Source of the DNA: Octopus sinensis
Taxonomy: Eukaryota
Direction: 5' to 3'
Assembly: GCF_006345805.1 (NCBI RefSeq)
Contig: NW_021834665.1
Span: forward strand, 1 to 50,516
DNA length: 50,516 nt
Position numbers and translations under genes: made by a program
Notes under the pieces: generated by a model
The model's input: the letters and a program-made list of their open reading frames with translations, nothing else
Told to the model about the DNA's origin: nothing
Database searches by the model: none
Shown here: piece after piece, positions 49,030 to 50,516 of the stretch
How the letters are laid out: every line of letters starts with the position of its first letter
How positions within the stretch are numbered: position 1 is the stretch's first letter

Positions 49030-49718
49030 ATGTGTTTCGACCAATTATTGGTCCAGGCCATGTCTAACTTAATAGCACCACCTGATAGGATTATTTGAAT
49101 CCTGTTTAAGTCAAGTTTTGCTTATGGTCCATTCAAGTAGTGAGTTTTTGTTGGGTGGTTGTATCCAATTATGGGGGCTTATCTGGTATTCTTTGAAGGA
49201 ATCTATCCAGACTCCGTTTAAATTGATGGGATCCTGTTCCTCTTTGATCTCTTTCGGGACAATGTTAAATAGGGCAGGGCCTGTTGAGGAAAATAAATTA
49301 TGTTGTAGTGTATAAGTATGCTGTGATCTTGAATTAGACAGGGGACGTATGGCCCGTGGTCCCAGTCTTGGATGAACCTTGAAGCTTATGTTCAGGTCGT
49401 TTGGGCAAAGTTGGCGGTATATTCTCCACATCGTACAAATGATGTACCGCTCACGGCGACGCTGGAGAGAGTAGAGTTTCAAGGCTTTAAGGCGATCCCA
49501 ATAATCGAGAGCAGCCATGCCTTCAGTTCGTTTAGTGAGTGCTCTCTGGGGTGATTCAATCCTCGAGATGTTTTGTCTTGTATGGGGATACCACAGTGGG
49601 CAGCAGTATTAGAGGTGTGGCCGTACAAAGGAGGAGAAGAGTGGTATGATGACACCTTATTCTCTGGACCGGAAAGTTCTTAAGATCCAGGAACTCATCC
49701 TACGAGCTATATCGACCT
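49030..49718 (-). mobile_element. CR1-group LINE 3' fragment
   Basis: ARRMSSWILRTFRSRE*..VRPHL*YCCPLW..IESPQR..YWDRLKALKLYSLQRRRERY, post-RT region with stops. Confidence 0.82.
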
Positions 49719-49805
49719 TATATATATATATATGTATGTATACACACACACACTCTCACATATAGTATGAATATATATAAATATATAATATACACACATA
49801 TATGT

Positions 49806-49842
<37 letters not shown>

Positions 49843-50306
49843 ATATATATATATATATATATATATACTGTGTATATGATTTCGTGTTCGTGTGCACACA
49901 CGAATACATGCACACACCGCACGCCACACACACACACACACACACACATATAAATATAGACGCATACGCACGCACACACACCACACACACACACATGCAA
50001 TAACAGAAGATACAGAACTTAGCAGAAAAGAAAAGAAAAAAGAACAAAACACAAGTGGTTTCTGCTCACCAGCTGCATTTCATTATTAGCTTTCGTACCA
50101 TTTTTACGGCCCTAATCAGAGAGGAGAGAAATGAGAATTACTGTGATGATATAAAGTGTTGTTAACTAAATATTGCTTGAGAAATTTCTATATTTATCTA
50201 TCCATTTTATTTATCTGTCTATCTATTATATATTTGATTTATTTTAAGATCAGATGGAAGAAGTAGAAAAATAATAAAGAAATTAGTTACTTAGAATTAA
50301 AGTAAA

Positions 50307-50447
50307 TACTACTACTACTACTACTAACTACTACTACTACTACTACACTACTACTACTCTACTACTACTAACTACTTCTACTACTACAACTACTACTACT
50401 ACATAATAATAATACTAATAATAATATAATAATTATTATTATTTTTA

Positions 50448-50488
<41 letters not shown>

Positions 50489-50516
50489 ATGGTGGTGATG
50501 ATGATGATGATGATGG
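50307..50516. repeat. Compound triplet array (ACT)-(AAT)-(ATT)-(GAT)
   Basis: Direct inspection. Confidence 0.92.

Noticed and set aside
49025-49055. Hammerhead at the CR1 3' end (GACC-AATAATT-GGTC-GAAAC on minus)
   Set aside because: Lacks the ANGA of the core and has no valid NUH site.

Overview
AT-rich, microsatellite-saturated animal genomic DNA, most likely intronic or intergenic. The SINE families and repeat density suggest an octopus (inference, from recall; no search was run). I find no supportable host protein-coding gene, rRNA, true tRNA or CRISPR array, and nearly all long ORFs in the track are translated microsatellites. The window is a dense, nested mobile-element landscape. It holds three tRNA-derived SINE families (>25 copies) and 3' or 5' fragments of five LINE types (R4/Dong-like REL, RTE, Vingi-like, Tx1/L1-like, CR1-group). 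It also holds a full-length dead Tc1/mariner, mariner MITEs, hAT remnants, Helentron/HINE-like ends, and a GGATC-terminal TIR family with 8-bp TSDs (Merlin-like), two copies of which carry (TTAGGG)n. The most notable unannotated signal is a set of Penelope/retrozyme-type minimal hammerhead ribozyme motifs: a tandem pair (7284-7830), an inverted pair in a ~510-bp foldback (9190-9702), and one with a long stem-II insert (10704-10810). Other highlights are microsatellite-embedded LINEs (Dong-like after (TAA)n; an uninterrupted Tx1-like piece flanked on both sides by (GATA)n) and a SINE tail that recurrently joins the same internal site of its own family.
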